From positions 22,880,001 to 22,944,000 of the forward strand of contig NC_058383.1 of assembly GCF_018350175.1 (NCBI RefSeq): 64,000 bases of DNA. Reading direction: 5' to 3'. The notes beneath the pieces are model-generated. The model saw nothing but the letters and a program-made list of their open reading frames with translations. It did not search any database and had not been told where the DNA came from. Below are positions 22,097-34,985 of this stretch, in pieces; within the stretch, counting starts at the first letter, position 1, and each line of letters starts with the position of its first letter. Position numbers and translations under genes: made by a program. Source of the DNA: Felis catus. Taxonomy: Eukaryota.

Positions 22097-22393
22097 GTGT
22101 GGCAGGACGACGGTAGGGTGGCCCCCAAAGGTTGCCTCTTAGTGGTAACGCCCTGTGTACTCCCCTCCCCAACTGTGTGAGTGAGCTCAAAAGCAAATCT
22201 CTCCCCAGTCAAGCCTTTCCATGAGACCACAGCCCCAACCAATACCTTGATGACAGGCTGGTGAGAGACTGCAGGAGAGGACCCAGCTAACCAGACTGGG
22301 ATTCTTCACCCACAGAGACTGTAAGATAATAAATGGGAATTGTGTTAAGCCACTACATGGGTAATTTGTTATGTGGCAATGGAGAAGGAACAG
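22097..22393 (+). mobile_element. MaLR LTR fragment (MLT1)
   Basis: acagagactgtaagataataaat...gtaatttgttatgtggcaat. Confidence 0.8.
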
Positions 22394-22641
22394 GCTAGGG
22401 TATTAATTCATTATTTTGAAAATTTATAAAGGGAAAGAGCCAAGCGTATATTATGCTTGTCCTATGCAGGGTAGCCAAATAGGTGATGTGGGGAACTTTG
22501 CATATCTTATATACATGAAAGAAAGAAGAAAATAAAACAAAATGCCAACACTTTGAAGCTTCTGAAGAATTAACAGATCTAAGCAAAAATCATTTGTGGC
22601 TGTTTAGATGATGACATGAGAGGCGATCAAACATTATGCAT

Positions 22642-22854
22642 CTTTTTAAAAATGTTTTTAAATTTATTTTTGAGTGAGGGAGAGAGGGACAAGTGAGGGA
22701 GGGCAGAGAGAGAGAGAGAGAGGGAGGCAGAGGGTCTGAAGTGGGCTTTGCACTGATGGCACACAGCCCAATGTGGGGCTCGAACTCATAAACTGCAAGA
22801 TCATAACCTGAGCCGAAGTCAGGTGCTTAACTGACTGAGCCACCCAGGCGCCCC
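22642..22854 (-). mobile_element. Can-SINE
   Basis: TSD ttatgcatct. Confidence 0.95.
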
Positions 22855-23117
22855 TCAACGTTATGCATCTTCTAACGAAAGTACCCAACATTATCTATGA
22901 AGTAGTCTTGCCCCTCCCTCCCAAAAGTAAACTTGAATCTGACCAGGTCTCTAGATATAACTACCAATTTATACGAAATCCAGAGGGACATGTTAAATAA
23001 TACCATGGGGGTGTAAGCAGCAAAATTCAGATGGTAGGAAACTCTGTGGGACAAATGAGCCAGTTCTTTCAATTGAAAAATAAAAAAGAAAAATAGATAT
23101 GAAGGAGAATCCTGGAC

Positions 23118-23900
23118 CCTCAAAAACTTAAAAGTAGAACTACCAGATGATCCAGAAATTTCACGACAGGGTATAAATCCAAAGGAAACAAAATCACTAT
23201 ATCGAAGGGATATCTACACTTCCATGTGCATTGCAGCATTATTTACAATAACCAGGACCTGGAAACAACCTAAGTGTCCATTGACAGATGAATGGATAAA
23301 CAAGTTATGGTGTATATATGCAAGGGAATACTATCCCACCATAAAAAGAAGGAAATCCTGCCATTTGCAACCACATGGATGGACCTCGAGAGCATCAGGC
23401 TAAGTAAATAAGTCGGACAGAGAAAGACAAAATCTCTGTGATTTCACTTATATGTGGAACCTAAAAACAAACAAAAAAACAACCTAGATAAAGAGGTCCA
23501 ATTTGTGGTTGCCAGAGGCAGGGGGTGGAGGGTAGGGGAAATAGGAGAAGGTGGTCAAGAGGTACAAACTTCCAGTTGTACGATAAACACATGCTGGGGG
23601 TGTAATGGACAACGTGATGATTATAGTTACCACTGCCGTAGGTATATCTGAAAGTTGCTACAGAGTAAATTAAAAAAACTCTTGTCATAAGAAAAAAAAT
23701 CTTCCTTCCTCTCCTCCTTCCTTCCTTCCTTCCTTCCTTCCTTCCTTCCTTCCTTTTTTTATATCTACATGAACTAATGGATGTTAACTAAATTTACTGT
23801 AGTAATTATTTCACAATTTATGTAAATCAAGTCATTATGCTGTACACCTTAAACTTACACAGTGCCTTCAGTTGTATCTCAATAACACTGAAAGAAAAAA
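23118..23900 (+). mobile_element. L1 ORF2 end and 3' UTR (older L1MA/Carnivora type) with internal (CTTC)n, inside an older L1MC-like fragment
   Basis: ctcaaaaacttaaaagtagaactacc...ggaaacaacctaagtgtccattgacagatgaatggataaac...tgtacaccttaaacttacac. Confidence 0.9.
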
Positions 23901-24324
23901 AGGAGACTCCTAGGGACTGAAATATATTTAAGAGCTATTTTAACAATTGTGATTCATTATTCTTATTCGGATGCTGATTCATATCATCTCTGAAAATTAT
24001 TGATAAGACAGTTGGGACAATTGAACACTAAATAGTTTACAATATTCAGGAGTTATTGTTAATTTTTTAGGTGTGATGACAGTCTGTTGTGAGTTTTCTT
24101 AAAGGAGCCTTATATTTTAAAGATGTATATAAATATACTTACAGGTGAAATGATAAGATGTCTGGGAAATTTACCTCAAAATAATCTGTTTGGGTGGTGA
24201 GGAAGGTATGGATGAAATAAGATTCAGCATAAATCAGTGATGAGACTGTATGATGGGTATATGAGTGTTCATATCTCTCTCCTTTTGTATGTTTAGAAAT
24301 CCAACAACAACAACAACAACAATA

Positions 24325-24935
24325 ATAATAAAACTAAGTCAAATCATGTCCCTCCTTCAATGTTTCTCATCTCAGAGTAAAAGCTGGAATGGCCTGGAAG
24401 TTTCCCCATTATCTGTGACCCTTCTTCGCCTTCACCACTTCTCTGAGCTCATCTCCTACCATTCTCCCTCTTGTCATTCCACATGACCCTCATTGGCCTC
24501 CTTGTTGCTTCCTGAATAACTTGAAGCATGCTCCTACCTCAGGACCTTTGCACTTACCATTCCCTCTGTTTTAAACCTTTGCTCCTCTACCAAGTATCCC
24601 AGTGTTTGTTTTTCTCACATTTTTTAGAGCTCTGCTCAAATGTCAATCCCTCAGGAAAGTCTTCCTAGATTATCCCCCATAAAATGACAGTATCTACCCA
24701 ACATAGATGTTCTTCTTGTCCTTTTTTTCTTGCCCTTGTTTTTCTGCATAGCACTTGTCACCACTTGACCTACATTATACTGTACCTGCTTGATTGTCTT
24801 TCTTCACCTGGATGCAATTCCAGGAAGGCAGGAAAGGACTTTAAATTTTTTTTCAATCACTATAGCCTCAGTGCCTAAATCAGTGCCTGGTACATAGTAG
24901 GCGCTCAATAAATATTTGTGAGATAAATGAATGCT
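24325..24935 (+). mobile_element. L2 3' end
   Basis: cagtgcctggtacatagtaggcgctcaataaatatttgtg. Confidence 0.8.
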
Positions 24936-25256
24936 TGTTGAGCCTGCTCTTGTCTTTTGTTCTTTACTGTGAATAATTTCTTTTCTTTTCTTTTTTTTTT
25001 TTAAAGTAGGCTCCATGCCTAACGTGGGACTTGAACTCACAACCCTGAGATCAAGTGTCATGCTCTACCGACTGAGCCAGCCAAGTGCCCCTATTATGGA
25101 TAATTTCAAGCATGCAGAAAAGTAGAGAGAATCATATAATGAGTATCCATATATATATTACTTAGATAAAACAACTGTGAACGTTTTGCCATATTGGGTT
25201 TGGCCAAAGTATTTTAAAGTATGTATAATCAACGTGACATTTCATCCCTAAATCTT

Positions 25257-25257
<1 letters not shown>

Positions 25258-25303
<46 letters not shown>

Positions 25304-25510
25304 TTTCAATGTTTATTTTTATTTTTGGGACAGAGAGAGACAGAGCATGAACAGGGGAGGGGCAGAGAGAGAGGGAGACACAGAATCGGAAGCAGGCTCC
25401 AGGCTCTGAGCCATCAGCCCAGAGCCTGACGCAGGGCTCGAACTCACGGACCGCGAGATCGTGACCTGGCTGAAGTCGGACGCTTAACCGACTGCGCCAC
25501 CCAGGCGCCC
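25258..25510 (-). mobile_element. Young feline SINEC_Fc with (TTTA)n tail
   Basis: TSD tcatccctaaatctttta. Confidence 0.97.
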
Positions 25511-26297
25511 CATCATCCCTAAATCTTTTAATACGCACCCTTTAACAAAAATCAGACACTTCTTTACTTAGCCATGTTAACCATTGTAACACCTAACAAA
25601 ATGAACCTCAAATCATCAAATTCTGCCATATCTACAGTTACCCCAAATGTCTTTTACACTTTATTCAAACCAGGACCCAATCAAGGTCCACAAACTGTGT
25701 TCAGTCATATCTTTTACGTCTCTTTAAGCCTAGAATTGCTTCTCCTCCCTCTCCTCCCTTTTTTCCAGGTCATTGACTCACTGAAGAAATGAAGTCTATT
25801 GTCTTACTGGTAGAATGCCCTTCCTTCTTGGCTTGGTCTGACTGCTTTCTCGTGATGTATTTAACTTGACCCTCTAGCTCCTGTATTTCCGGTACACTAG
25901 AAACTAGATCTAAAGACTTGATCAGATTTTAGCAAGACATTTTTGGCAAGAATTCTTCCTAGATGGGGCTGTCAGTGTCCTGTTGCATCACACCAGAAGG
26001 TTCAGAGTGACGGGCTGTCACATGAGTGAAGCTAAGATTGATGAGTGGGTTCAGATGGTGAAAACCTGATCCGTGCATTGTCAAGTTATTTCTTCACTTA
26101 TAACCAGTAAGACCTCTGTGGGCCAATGATTGGCATCATGTGACTATTCAGTCTTCCTTGAACCTTTCACCTCAGGGTGTCAGCATCCGATAATGATCAT
26201 TGCCTGAGTCAGTTCTTTCATCAGGGGTTGCAAAATTGTAATGCTATTATTCCTTCACCATTTACGAGGGGGCATTGTTCTGTAAAGAAGAGCTTCT

Positions 26298-27558
26298 AGG
26301 GGCACCTGGGTGGCTCAGTTGGTTAAGCATCCGACTTTGGCTCAGGTCATGATCTCGCGGTTTGTGAGTTTGAGTCCCGCATCGGGCTCTGTGCTGACAG
26401 CTTGGAGCCTGGAGCCTGTTTCGGATTCTGTCTCCCTCTCTCTCTGCCCCTCCCCCACTTGTGCTCTGTCTCTCTCTATCAAAAATAAATAAAATGTAAA
26501 AAAAAAATTTTTTTTTTTAAAAGAAGAGCTTCTTCCTCCCATTGACTAGGGCAGAATAAATTCTTTCCTTTTAGTTACTATGTTTGAGTAAGGATTTGAT
26601 TCAGTAGATGCCTCCAGTGTTGACAGACTTTTCCTGTTTTCTCTCTCTCTGAGTATCATTATGAACTCAGTGAACTTTTTTTTTTTTTTTTTAAGTAGGC
26701 CTCACGCCCAGCAGGGAGCCCAACGCAGGGCTTGAACTTAGGATCCTGAGATCAAGATCTCAGATCAAGAGTCGGACACTCAACCAACTGGGCCACCCAG
26801 GCACCATGATCATGAACTCAGTGATCTTTAAAAATACAGTTAAGATGTTTCATTCCATTGCATTCATTATTTTTTAAAAATAACCTTTGGGGGGCCCCTG
26901 GGTAGCTCAGTCAGCTTAAGCGTCCCACTACAGCTCAGGTCCTGACCTCAGAGTTCAGCCCCACATCCGGCTTTCTGCTGTCAGTCCAGAGCCTGCTTTG
27001 GATCCTCTGTCTCCCTTTCCCGCTCGGTCTCTCTCTCAAAAATAAATGAATTAAAAAAAAAAAAAAAAAACGACCTTAGAATTCTGGAATAATTTTATAT
27101 TTGTGGAAAAGCTGCAAAGATAATACAGAGAGTTCCTACGTGCTTTTGGGGTTCCTTTAAAAAAACTGAGAGGGGTGCCTGGGTGGCGCAGTCGGTTAAG
27201 CGTCCGACTTCAGCCAGGTCACGATCTCGCGGTCTGGGAGTTCGAGCCCCGCGTCGGGCTCTGGGCTGATGGCTCAGAGCCTGGAGCCTGTTTCCGATTC
27301 TGTGTCTCCCTCTCTCTCTGCTCCTCCCCTGTTCATGCTCTGTCTCTCTCTGTCCCAAAAATAAATAAACGTTGAAAAAAAAAATTTAAAAAAAAAATAA
27401 AAAAACTGAGAAATCAATATTGATGCATTTCTAATACATATATATATATTTTTAAAGGTCTTATTTTTAAGTACTCTCTACGCCCAGCATGGGGCTGGAA
27501 CTCACAACCTCGAGATCAAGACTCCAATGTTCTACCAACTGAGCCAGCCAGGTGCCCC
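26298..27558. mobile_element. Cluster of five Can-SINEs (26298-26520 +, 26676-26805 -, 26889-27070 +, 27172-27400 + young Fc, 27450-27558 -) within old L1MC-like sequence
   Basis: Individual heads and tails; TSDs aaagaagagcttct, atgaactcagtga, aaaaaaactgaga. Confidence 0.92.
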
Positions 27559-28306
27559 AATACGTCACTATTATCTGAACACCAAAATTTGATTTAGACT
27601 TTAGTTTTCCCACTATTGTCCTTTATCTGTTGCAGGATCCACTCTAGGATCATTCATTCATTCATTCTCTTTGATGCTTACAAATTACCCAATTCAGTCA
27701 AGTGGGAGCCCTGTCGGACTGGCTCCGGAGCCTGTCTACTTGACCGTGACCCTAAGTAGTCTTTGATAAGCTCCTATGCTTTCTGGCCCAACACAATGTC
27801 CCAGGCTCACCTGGATTTGATTTCATTGCCGACAGTTAACAAGAGGTGGATTTAACTGGAGAGTTTAGGATTTTCAGTTTTTCCTGAAAAGTCAGCTGAC
27901 CTGGCAACACCGAATGTGCATTCCTGCTTGGCAGAAATTGGCTGCAGCTCAGGAGGGCTGCCCCATTTAGACAGGGTGTGTGCACAGCCCTCCGGTTTGA
28001 CACACGCCTCACCATTCCCTATGACCAGTCTGTGCCGTGCCTCCGTGTAAGTCGCCTGGATTCTGTAGGCATTTGAGGTCGCTCTCTCCCTGCTTTCCTC
28101 CCTCCTGTCTTTCCTTCCTGTTTGTGCAGTGCCTCTTAAGCACGACCACTCTGTGAGGTGCTGGGGTTCCAAAGGCAAACAAGACAATATGTGGGGTATC
28201 TTGCTTGTTTGATCTCAGATCTGTTCCCTGATGTTTTGCAAATGCTGTTTCCCAGGCACCGCTCCCAGCTGGCTCCCAGCTAGCTAAGTTGAGCCAAAAA
28301 GAGCGA

Positions 28307-28307
<1 letters not shown>

Positions 28308-28337
<30 letters not shown>
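28308..28337 (+). repeat. G30 homopolymer
   Basis: Direct reading. Confidence 0.95.
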
Positions 28338-28338
<1 letters not shown>

Positions 28339-28699
28339 AGTTGTTAGATTGGATGGCGGGGACAACGGGAGGAGCTAGGATGTTCCCCTCTTCCCAACTC
28401 CAGGGAGGAATTTTCAGCAGAGGCTGAGTCTCCTCCGTGGCTTAGCTCCTCACCTGGCAACCCCTGCTGTGCTTCTGGCTCCTCGGTGGCCCCAGAGAGG
28501 GACGCTGCCTCTTCCCCGTGACAGCAGCTTCCCACTGTTGCTAAAGCCCACGGTTGCCCCACCATCACCGACTCGGCTGCTCAGCTGTTGGCTCATCTGT
28601 GTAATCAGTCCCTTGTGTGAATTTCCCTCTGTTCGAAAGCCCTGGAATGGTTTCTGTCTTTCGGATACAAAAGATCTGGCTCCTAATCTCCCGGAGCAC

Positions 28700-28900
28700 A
28701 TGCTGGTTCCTTCACCTGCACTCACTGGCTTCGTGACTCTTGGCAAATTAGTTAATCTCTCTCAACCTCAGTCTTCCTTGTCAGGAAAATAGGAAAATGT
28801 AGTACCCATCTCATACGATTGTTGCGAGGATTAAATGCAGTGATGCGTATAAGGTGCTTAGCTCAGTCCCTGGAACATAACGCACCTCGGAAATGCTACT
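28700..28900 (+). mobile_element. MIR SINE
   Basis: gtgactcttggcaaattagttaatctctctcaacctcag...gttgcgaggattaaatg. Confidence 0.75.
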
Positions 28901-28989
28901 TACTCTTATGCTTTAGGGTACAAACCATACCTGACTCCGCCAGGGACTTCTTTCTCTGTGGCTCCACAGACACACAGCTGCTGTTTATT

Positions 28990-29630
28990 TTATTTTAAAA
29001 AAAATTTTTTTTTAACGTTTATTTATTTTTGGGACAGAGAGAGACAGAGCATGAACGGGGGAGGGGCAGAGAGAGAGAGGGAGACACAGAATCGGAAACA
29101 GGCTCCAGGCTCCGAGCCATCAGCCCAGAGTCCGACGCGGGGCTCGAACTCCCGGACCTCGAGATCGTGACCTGGCTGAAGTCGGACGCTTAACCGACTG
29201 CGCCACCCAGGTGCCCCACAGCTGCTGTTTATTGAGCACCTTACTATTACCAAGATCCTGTTTACTTTTTTATTTTTTTTTAAGTTTATTTACTTATTTT
29301 GAGAGAGAGAGAGAGGGAGAGAATCCCAAACAGGCTCCGCACTGTCAGAGCAGAGCCCAAGGTGGGACTTGAACTTACAAACCGTGAGATCATGACCTGA
29401 GCTGAAATCATGAGTCGGACACTTAGCCGACCAAGCCACCCAGGCACCCCACTCAGGTGCCCCTATTTTTTATTTTTAAAGTGTATTTACTTATTGGGGG
29501 AGAGAAAGAGAGAGAGAGGGAGAGAGAATCCCAAGCAGGCTCTGCACTGTCAGCTCAGAGCCCGATGCGGGGTTTGAACTCACAAACTATGAGATCATGA
29601 CCTGAATCGAAACCAGAAGTCAGAGGCTTA
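28990..29630 (-). mobile_element. Three minus-strand Can-SINEs (28990-29217 young Fc, 29266-29463, 29466-29630)
   Basis: First has TSD acagctgctgtttatt. Confidence 0.93.
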
Positions 29631-30139
29631 ATCTTGATAAATATCTTTAAGGTATAGGTATTATTATTTTCCCCATTTTCCAGAGAAGGAAGTAAAAGCA
29701 CAGAGTTTGAACTGCTTGCTCAAGATCTCACAACTGATACAGGCATGGTTAACCTGAGTAAGCTGCCTACAGTGCCCATGCTCTTTAACCTGTATATAGA
29801 CTTTGCCCAATGTGTTTGACCCCATTTGTTATAATATGTAAAAAATAGATGTCTGTCCCCTCCAGGAGCTCATGGTCTAGCTGGGGAGACAGGCTTGGGA
29901 ATTGCTAAGCACGATGCAGTGTGGTATAAGCTAATCATTCTTTTGTGTGCTTGTTCATTCAATCAATCATTCATCCATTCAGCAAGGTCTGGACACCAAT
30001 AATAGGCCAATCCCTGTGCTAAGGGCTGGTGAGGAGGCTGATGTAGGCTTGGGGGACCCAGACCTGCACACCTTCTCTAGCCACTGAGCGCAGGGTGGTG
30101 GAATGGGAGGCTTCTAACTTTTCCTGATTTTATTCCTCC

Positions 30140-30380
30140 AAAGCACAGGGCTTTGGAGTCAGACGCGGTTGCATTTACCTCCTTCTTCTTGATTTACTTG
30201 CTGTGTGACCTCTTGGAAATCACTTAACCTCTCTGTGCTTACTTATACATGTAAAACAGGGGATAATAGTAATACTGCACAGGCTTAATGTTAGGACAGA
30301 ATGAGATGATGAATTCAATGCTCTTAGAGTGCTGGGTATACAGGAAGGGCTTAATTGTTAGTTGTTAGTATTATTTGTTG
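30140..30380 (+). mobile_element. MIR SINE
   Basis: gggctttggagtcagac...tgctgtgtgacc...cacttaacctctctgtg. Confidence 0.8.
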
Positions 30381-31109
30381 ATGACGTGGTTGATTGCCCG
30401 TGACCACCAACAATGGAAAACTTTTGTTCTAAATACTGTGCCCCTTACTTTGCCAAAGTTTTGCTGGTCTAACAACCAGATGCATTCCTTCTGGCTTTTG
30501 AACTGACAAGTCTCAGCAGGGTGAAAACAATGCTAGCAGGCATGACAGAGAAATCGTTGTTGAAGACACAAAGTCGGCTGTTGATTTCCAGGTGCTAGTG
30601 TAGAAGCAGTGGAGAGGGCTCCAAGGTCTGCAGCCTTCCTCCGCCCTCCCAGCAAGCCCGACCCTGCCTGGCTCCAGATCGGTCATGCCTGGATGGGTTT
30701 AAAGAGCCTCAACCCATTCTAGTGGAGAAGATTTGAATTTCATTCCACAGACTTGGATGGGAAACGACGTAAGACTGTTTACTTTTCTGTAGCAACGTAA
30801 TTTCTTTTTCTGGCTTCTTCTTCCAGGAAACAGAAACTTACTGTCAGCCAATTTCAAGTCTAATGGTGACCCATATAATGGGTCCCAAATAAATATCTCC
30901 AGCATCTTCGCTGAAATCTAAGCACACACTTATCTGTCTTCTTGACCGTGTCACATGGATGTTCAACAGGCATCTCCAAATGAATAATTATCCAAAATTG
31001 AACTCTGGAATTTTCTTCCCAACCCTGCTTTTATAGTTTTCTCCATCACCGGAATTTCTAGCATCATGGGGTAAGAGGAGCGTTTTTGTTGTTGTTGTTG
31101 TTGTTGTTA

Positions 31110-32150
31110 TTCATAATTAGTCTTTTCCAACCAGACTTGAGTTTATGCTAATGAGGTGACTCTTGGTGGGCCCTTGGATAGCTTCAAACGGGGCTGGTTG
31201 CCAGATGAGCCAACCCTGGCATTAGAGGTTTGGAACTTTCTACTCTATCACCTCCCTCCACTTGCTGGGAGGAGACAGGGGCTAGAGATTAAATTATTGG
31301 CCACTGGTAAGTAACTCAGTCAATCATGCCTAAATAATGGGACCTCCATAAAAACTCCCAAATGATGGGGTTTGAGGAGCTTCCGGGCTGGTGATCACAA
31401 AGAGGTGCTGGGGGGTGATGGCACATTCTGAGAGGACATGGGAGCTCTGCGTGTTCTCCCCCAGTGCCTTGCCGCATGCATTTCTTCCATTCATCTGTTT
31501 TGGACTTGTGTCCTTTATAACAAACCAGTAAGTGTAGGGGCACCTGGGGGCTCAGTCGGTTCAGCATCTGACTTTGGCTTAGGTCATGATCTTGCAGCTC
31601 ATAGGTTTAAGCCCCTCATCAGGCTCTGCCCTTATAGCTGGGAGCTGAGAGCCTGCTTCAGATTATGTGTCTCCCTCTCTCTCTGCCCCTCCCCGGCTCA
31701 CACACTCTCTCTCTCTTTCTCTCTCTCTGTCATATAAATAAACATTAAAAATATTTTAATTTAAAAAAATAAAACAATAAACCGGTAAATGTAAATAAAA
31801 TGTTTCCCTGAGTTTTGTGAGGGAAAATGTTCTAGGATATTATCAGACATGTTCTAGGATGTTCTAGGATGTTATCAAACCCGAGAGGTGGTTGTGGGAA
31901 TTCCCAACTTTGTGCCAAGGTGGACAGAAATGTGGGCGCCATGGGCACCCCCGGCTTACGACTGGCATCTTATGGGACTGAGTCCTTAACCTGTGGGGTC
32001 TGAACTAATTCCAGATAGCTAGTGTCCAAATTAAATAAAATTCCAGGGCAGCCAGTTGGTGTCCAGAGACTCTGAAAATGGGTCGATGGAGGGAAAAAAA
32101 AACCTCCCATGCATTTGGTGCCAGAAACGTTCGTTGTGAGTAGAAGGAGA
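31110..32150 (+). mobile_element. MER21-like ERVL LTR, interrupted by a Can-SINE (31537-31775, plus)
   Basis: ggggctggttgccaga...ttagaggtttggaactttc...gagcttccgggctggtgatcac; SINE TSD aaacc(a/g)gtaa(g/a)tgta. Confidence 0.75.
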
Positions 32151-32609
32151 TCTTAGTAGTACTGCCCCATTAGAATGCAAACTCAATACAGGCAGGGGTC
32201 TGGGGATGTCTGGGACACCCCAGAAGGTGCTTGCCTGTCACATAGTAAGTGCTTAATAAATATTTGTTAAATGGATGAATTTGGAGTTCGCCACTCTTTT
32301 CCCCAGGATAGTGTTTAAGTTCCAAAGAACTTACAAAGTGCCAAGATGTCGAGGAAAGGTGTCTTCCTTCCTTGTTAAAGCAAAGAACACCTTCTGCTGA
32401 CATACCAAACACCCCTTCGTGACGGTCTGATCCCTCCCCTCTTTCACGGCTGTGCCCCTAATGTGCTGCCCACTCCTTCTGGTCAGTCCTCTGCAGTCTG
32501 GCTCTCACACATGTCACCGACTTCCCCAATGAATGGATGGTTTTGGGCCCTTAATTTACTTTCCCTCTCTGCAGGTTTTATCCTGTGGACCACTCACGCC
32601 TTCGTGAGT

Positions 32610-32843
32610 TTTTTTCTTAAAAAATTTTTTTAAAAATATTTATTTACTTATTTATTTTTTTTGAGAGAGAGACAGAGCGAGAGCAGGGGAGGGGCAGAGA
32701 GAGAGGGAGATAGAGAATCCAAAGCAGGCTCCAGGCTCCAGGCTGTCAGCACAGAGCCTGACGTGGGGCTCGAACCCACAAACTTCTAGATCATGACCTG
32801 AGCCGAAGTCGGACAGTTAACTGACTGAGGCATCCAGGCACCC
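32610..32843 (-). mobile_element. Can-SINE
   Basis: Reverse SINEC. Confidence 0.95.
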
Positions 32844-32967
32844 GCAAATTGTTTGTTTTCTTGATTTTCATGATGCGATGTGTTAATTTTCTTTTGTCTT
32901 ATGTAGCTGGTTGTTTCCTATTAGATGCCTATGTGAGCTCCACTTCCACACAGGGCTTCATGCCAAG

Positions 32968-33120
32968 CCTTCTTCCCTTCTCTTCTCTCCCCTCCCCTCC
33001 CCTCCCCTCTCCTCCCCTCCCCTCCCCTCCCCTCCTCTCCTCTCCTCTCCTCTCCTCTTGTCCCTTCCTCTCCCCTCCCCTCCTTTCCCCTTTCCTCCTC
33101 TCTCCTGTCCTTCTTCCTGC
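32968..33120. repeat. Polypyrimidine (CCTCC/CCTCT)n tract
   Basis: Direct reading. Confidence 0.95.
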
Positions 33121-33737
33121 CTGTAAAGTGAGCTCACTGACTTTCATGACTACCTTCTGGGCTTAAATCCTTCTCTTAATCTTCAGACCCAATTCGATGG
33201 CCTGCAGGGGATCCCTCTCTAAATGTCCCATAGACACCACAAATTCCACAAGTCCAAAGTTTAAAAACCCTCCAGACAGAGTTGCCCTTCCTGGCAAATG
33301 GATTCGTGGACTCACCAACATTCACTGGTCCAAGATGGAAACCCAGCACAATTCCTGCCTGCTCTTTGCTTAGTTGTGTATCTAATCCATCATGAATTCT
33401 AGAAATCCCACTTCCTGATAATCTAGAACTGTCCACGTCTTCCTACAGCCAATCCCATAGCTCACGTTGCCGTCTCTTCTCAGACGCCTGCTCTTCTGGT
33501 ATCTTTTCAGGTCCCCTGAACCAAAGAGATGTTTCTAGAGTACAGACTTGATCCTCATATGAAACGCCTTCCATGGCTTTGACTCTTCTCGGAATAAATT
33601 CCTGAGCCCCTGCTTACAATGACCTGCTTGATATAGCCCCTACCGCTGTTCCACCACCACGGCTTGCCTTCTGCCCTCTGGACAAGCGGAACTTCTTTCT
33701 TTCCCTCAACCTGCCATGATTTTCAGTGCTTTGCATT

Positions 33738-34002
33738 TTTGTTTTTAATTTTTTTTAAAGTTTATTTATTTATTTTGAGAAAAAAAGTGAAAGAACACAG
33801 GCAAATGAGGGGCAGAGAGGGAGAGAGAAGATCCCAAGCAGGCTCTGCACTGTTAGCGTAGAGCCCAATGTGGGCCATGAACCTACAAACCACGAGATCC
33901 TGACCTGAGCTGAAATCAAGAGTTGAATGCTTAATGGACTGAGCCACCCAGGTGCCCCTCAATGCTTTGCATTCTTAAAGGGAGATAAGTGTTGTTATGT
34001 AT

Positions 34003-34041
<39 letters not shown>

Positions 34042-34398
34042 TTATTTCATTTTTTAAATACATTTTTTAAAAGTTTATTTGAGAGAGAGTGAGAGAGAGC
34101 AGAGCAGGAGAGGGGCAGAGAGAGAGAGAGAGAAAGAGAGAGAGAGGGAGGGAGGGAGACAGAGGATCCTGAGGGGGCTCTGCACTGACAGCAGAGAGCA
34201 CAATTTGGGGCTCAAACTCACAAACCGTTAGATCGTGACCTGAGCCAAAGTTGGACACTTAACCGACTGAGCCCACCCAGGTGCCCCTATATTTTTTTAA
34301 GTTTATTTTTTTAGTAATTTTTACACCCAGTGTGAGGCTTTAACTCATGACCCCATGATCAAGAGTCACATGCTCCCCCAGTCAAGCCAGCCAAGTGC
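33738..34398 (-). mobile_element. Three minus-strand Can-SINEs (33738-33958, 34000-34287 with TTTA repeat, 34290-34398)
   Basis: First has TSD tgctttgcatt. Confidence 0.9.
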
Positions 34399-34576
34399 TG
34401 CAGTCTTGCTGGCAGGGATATTTGTCTGCAAAACTGCCTTTCCCAATTTCTCTTTCATCTCCTTCATTTCTTCCCTTTGTCTGGTAACTCTTGTGTATCC
34501 ACCAAGCATCTGCTTAAAAACTACCCCTCTAGGAAGTTTTCCCCATCTTTCCAAGTCTGGTGCAGCACAGAGTGCT

Positions 34577-34985
34577 ATGTGGTCACCAAACTCAGGTTCT
34601 TTTACTTCTTGGGCTTGTAGCTGGACTGTATTTCCCAGGCTTCTGTGCAGATGGTGGAGTCATGTGACTCATGGCTTGAACACCTATTCAAATCTCACCT
34701 AATAAAAACCTCCTGTGTCACCCCCGACTTCAGTCTCTCTTTTCCTCCTCTGCCAGATGGATGCAGGGGACACCGTGCAGAATTCTAATACCTCAGGGGA
34801 AGGCAGTGGAGCCATTAGAAAAAGGGGTCTGGATCCCTGCATGACTGTGTGGAGCAGAGCCCTGCCTGCCTTCTCCCCAACCAGCATTTAATTGTAACAT
34901 GAGTGAGAAATAAACTGGATTGTATTGAGTCATTGAGACTTGGGGGTAGTTGGTTACAGCAGTTAGCCTACCCTGATAAATGTAT
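34577..34985 (+). mobile_element. Old MaLR LTR (MLT1)
   Basis: ctggatccctgcatgactgtgtggagcagagc...gtgagaaataaact...gttacagcagttagcc. Confidence 0.75.
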
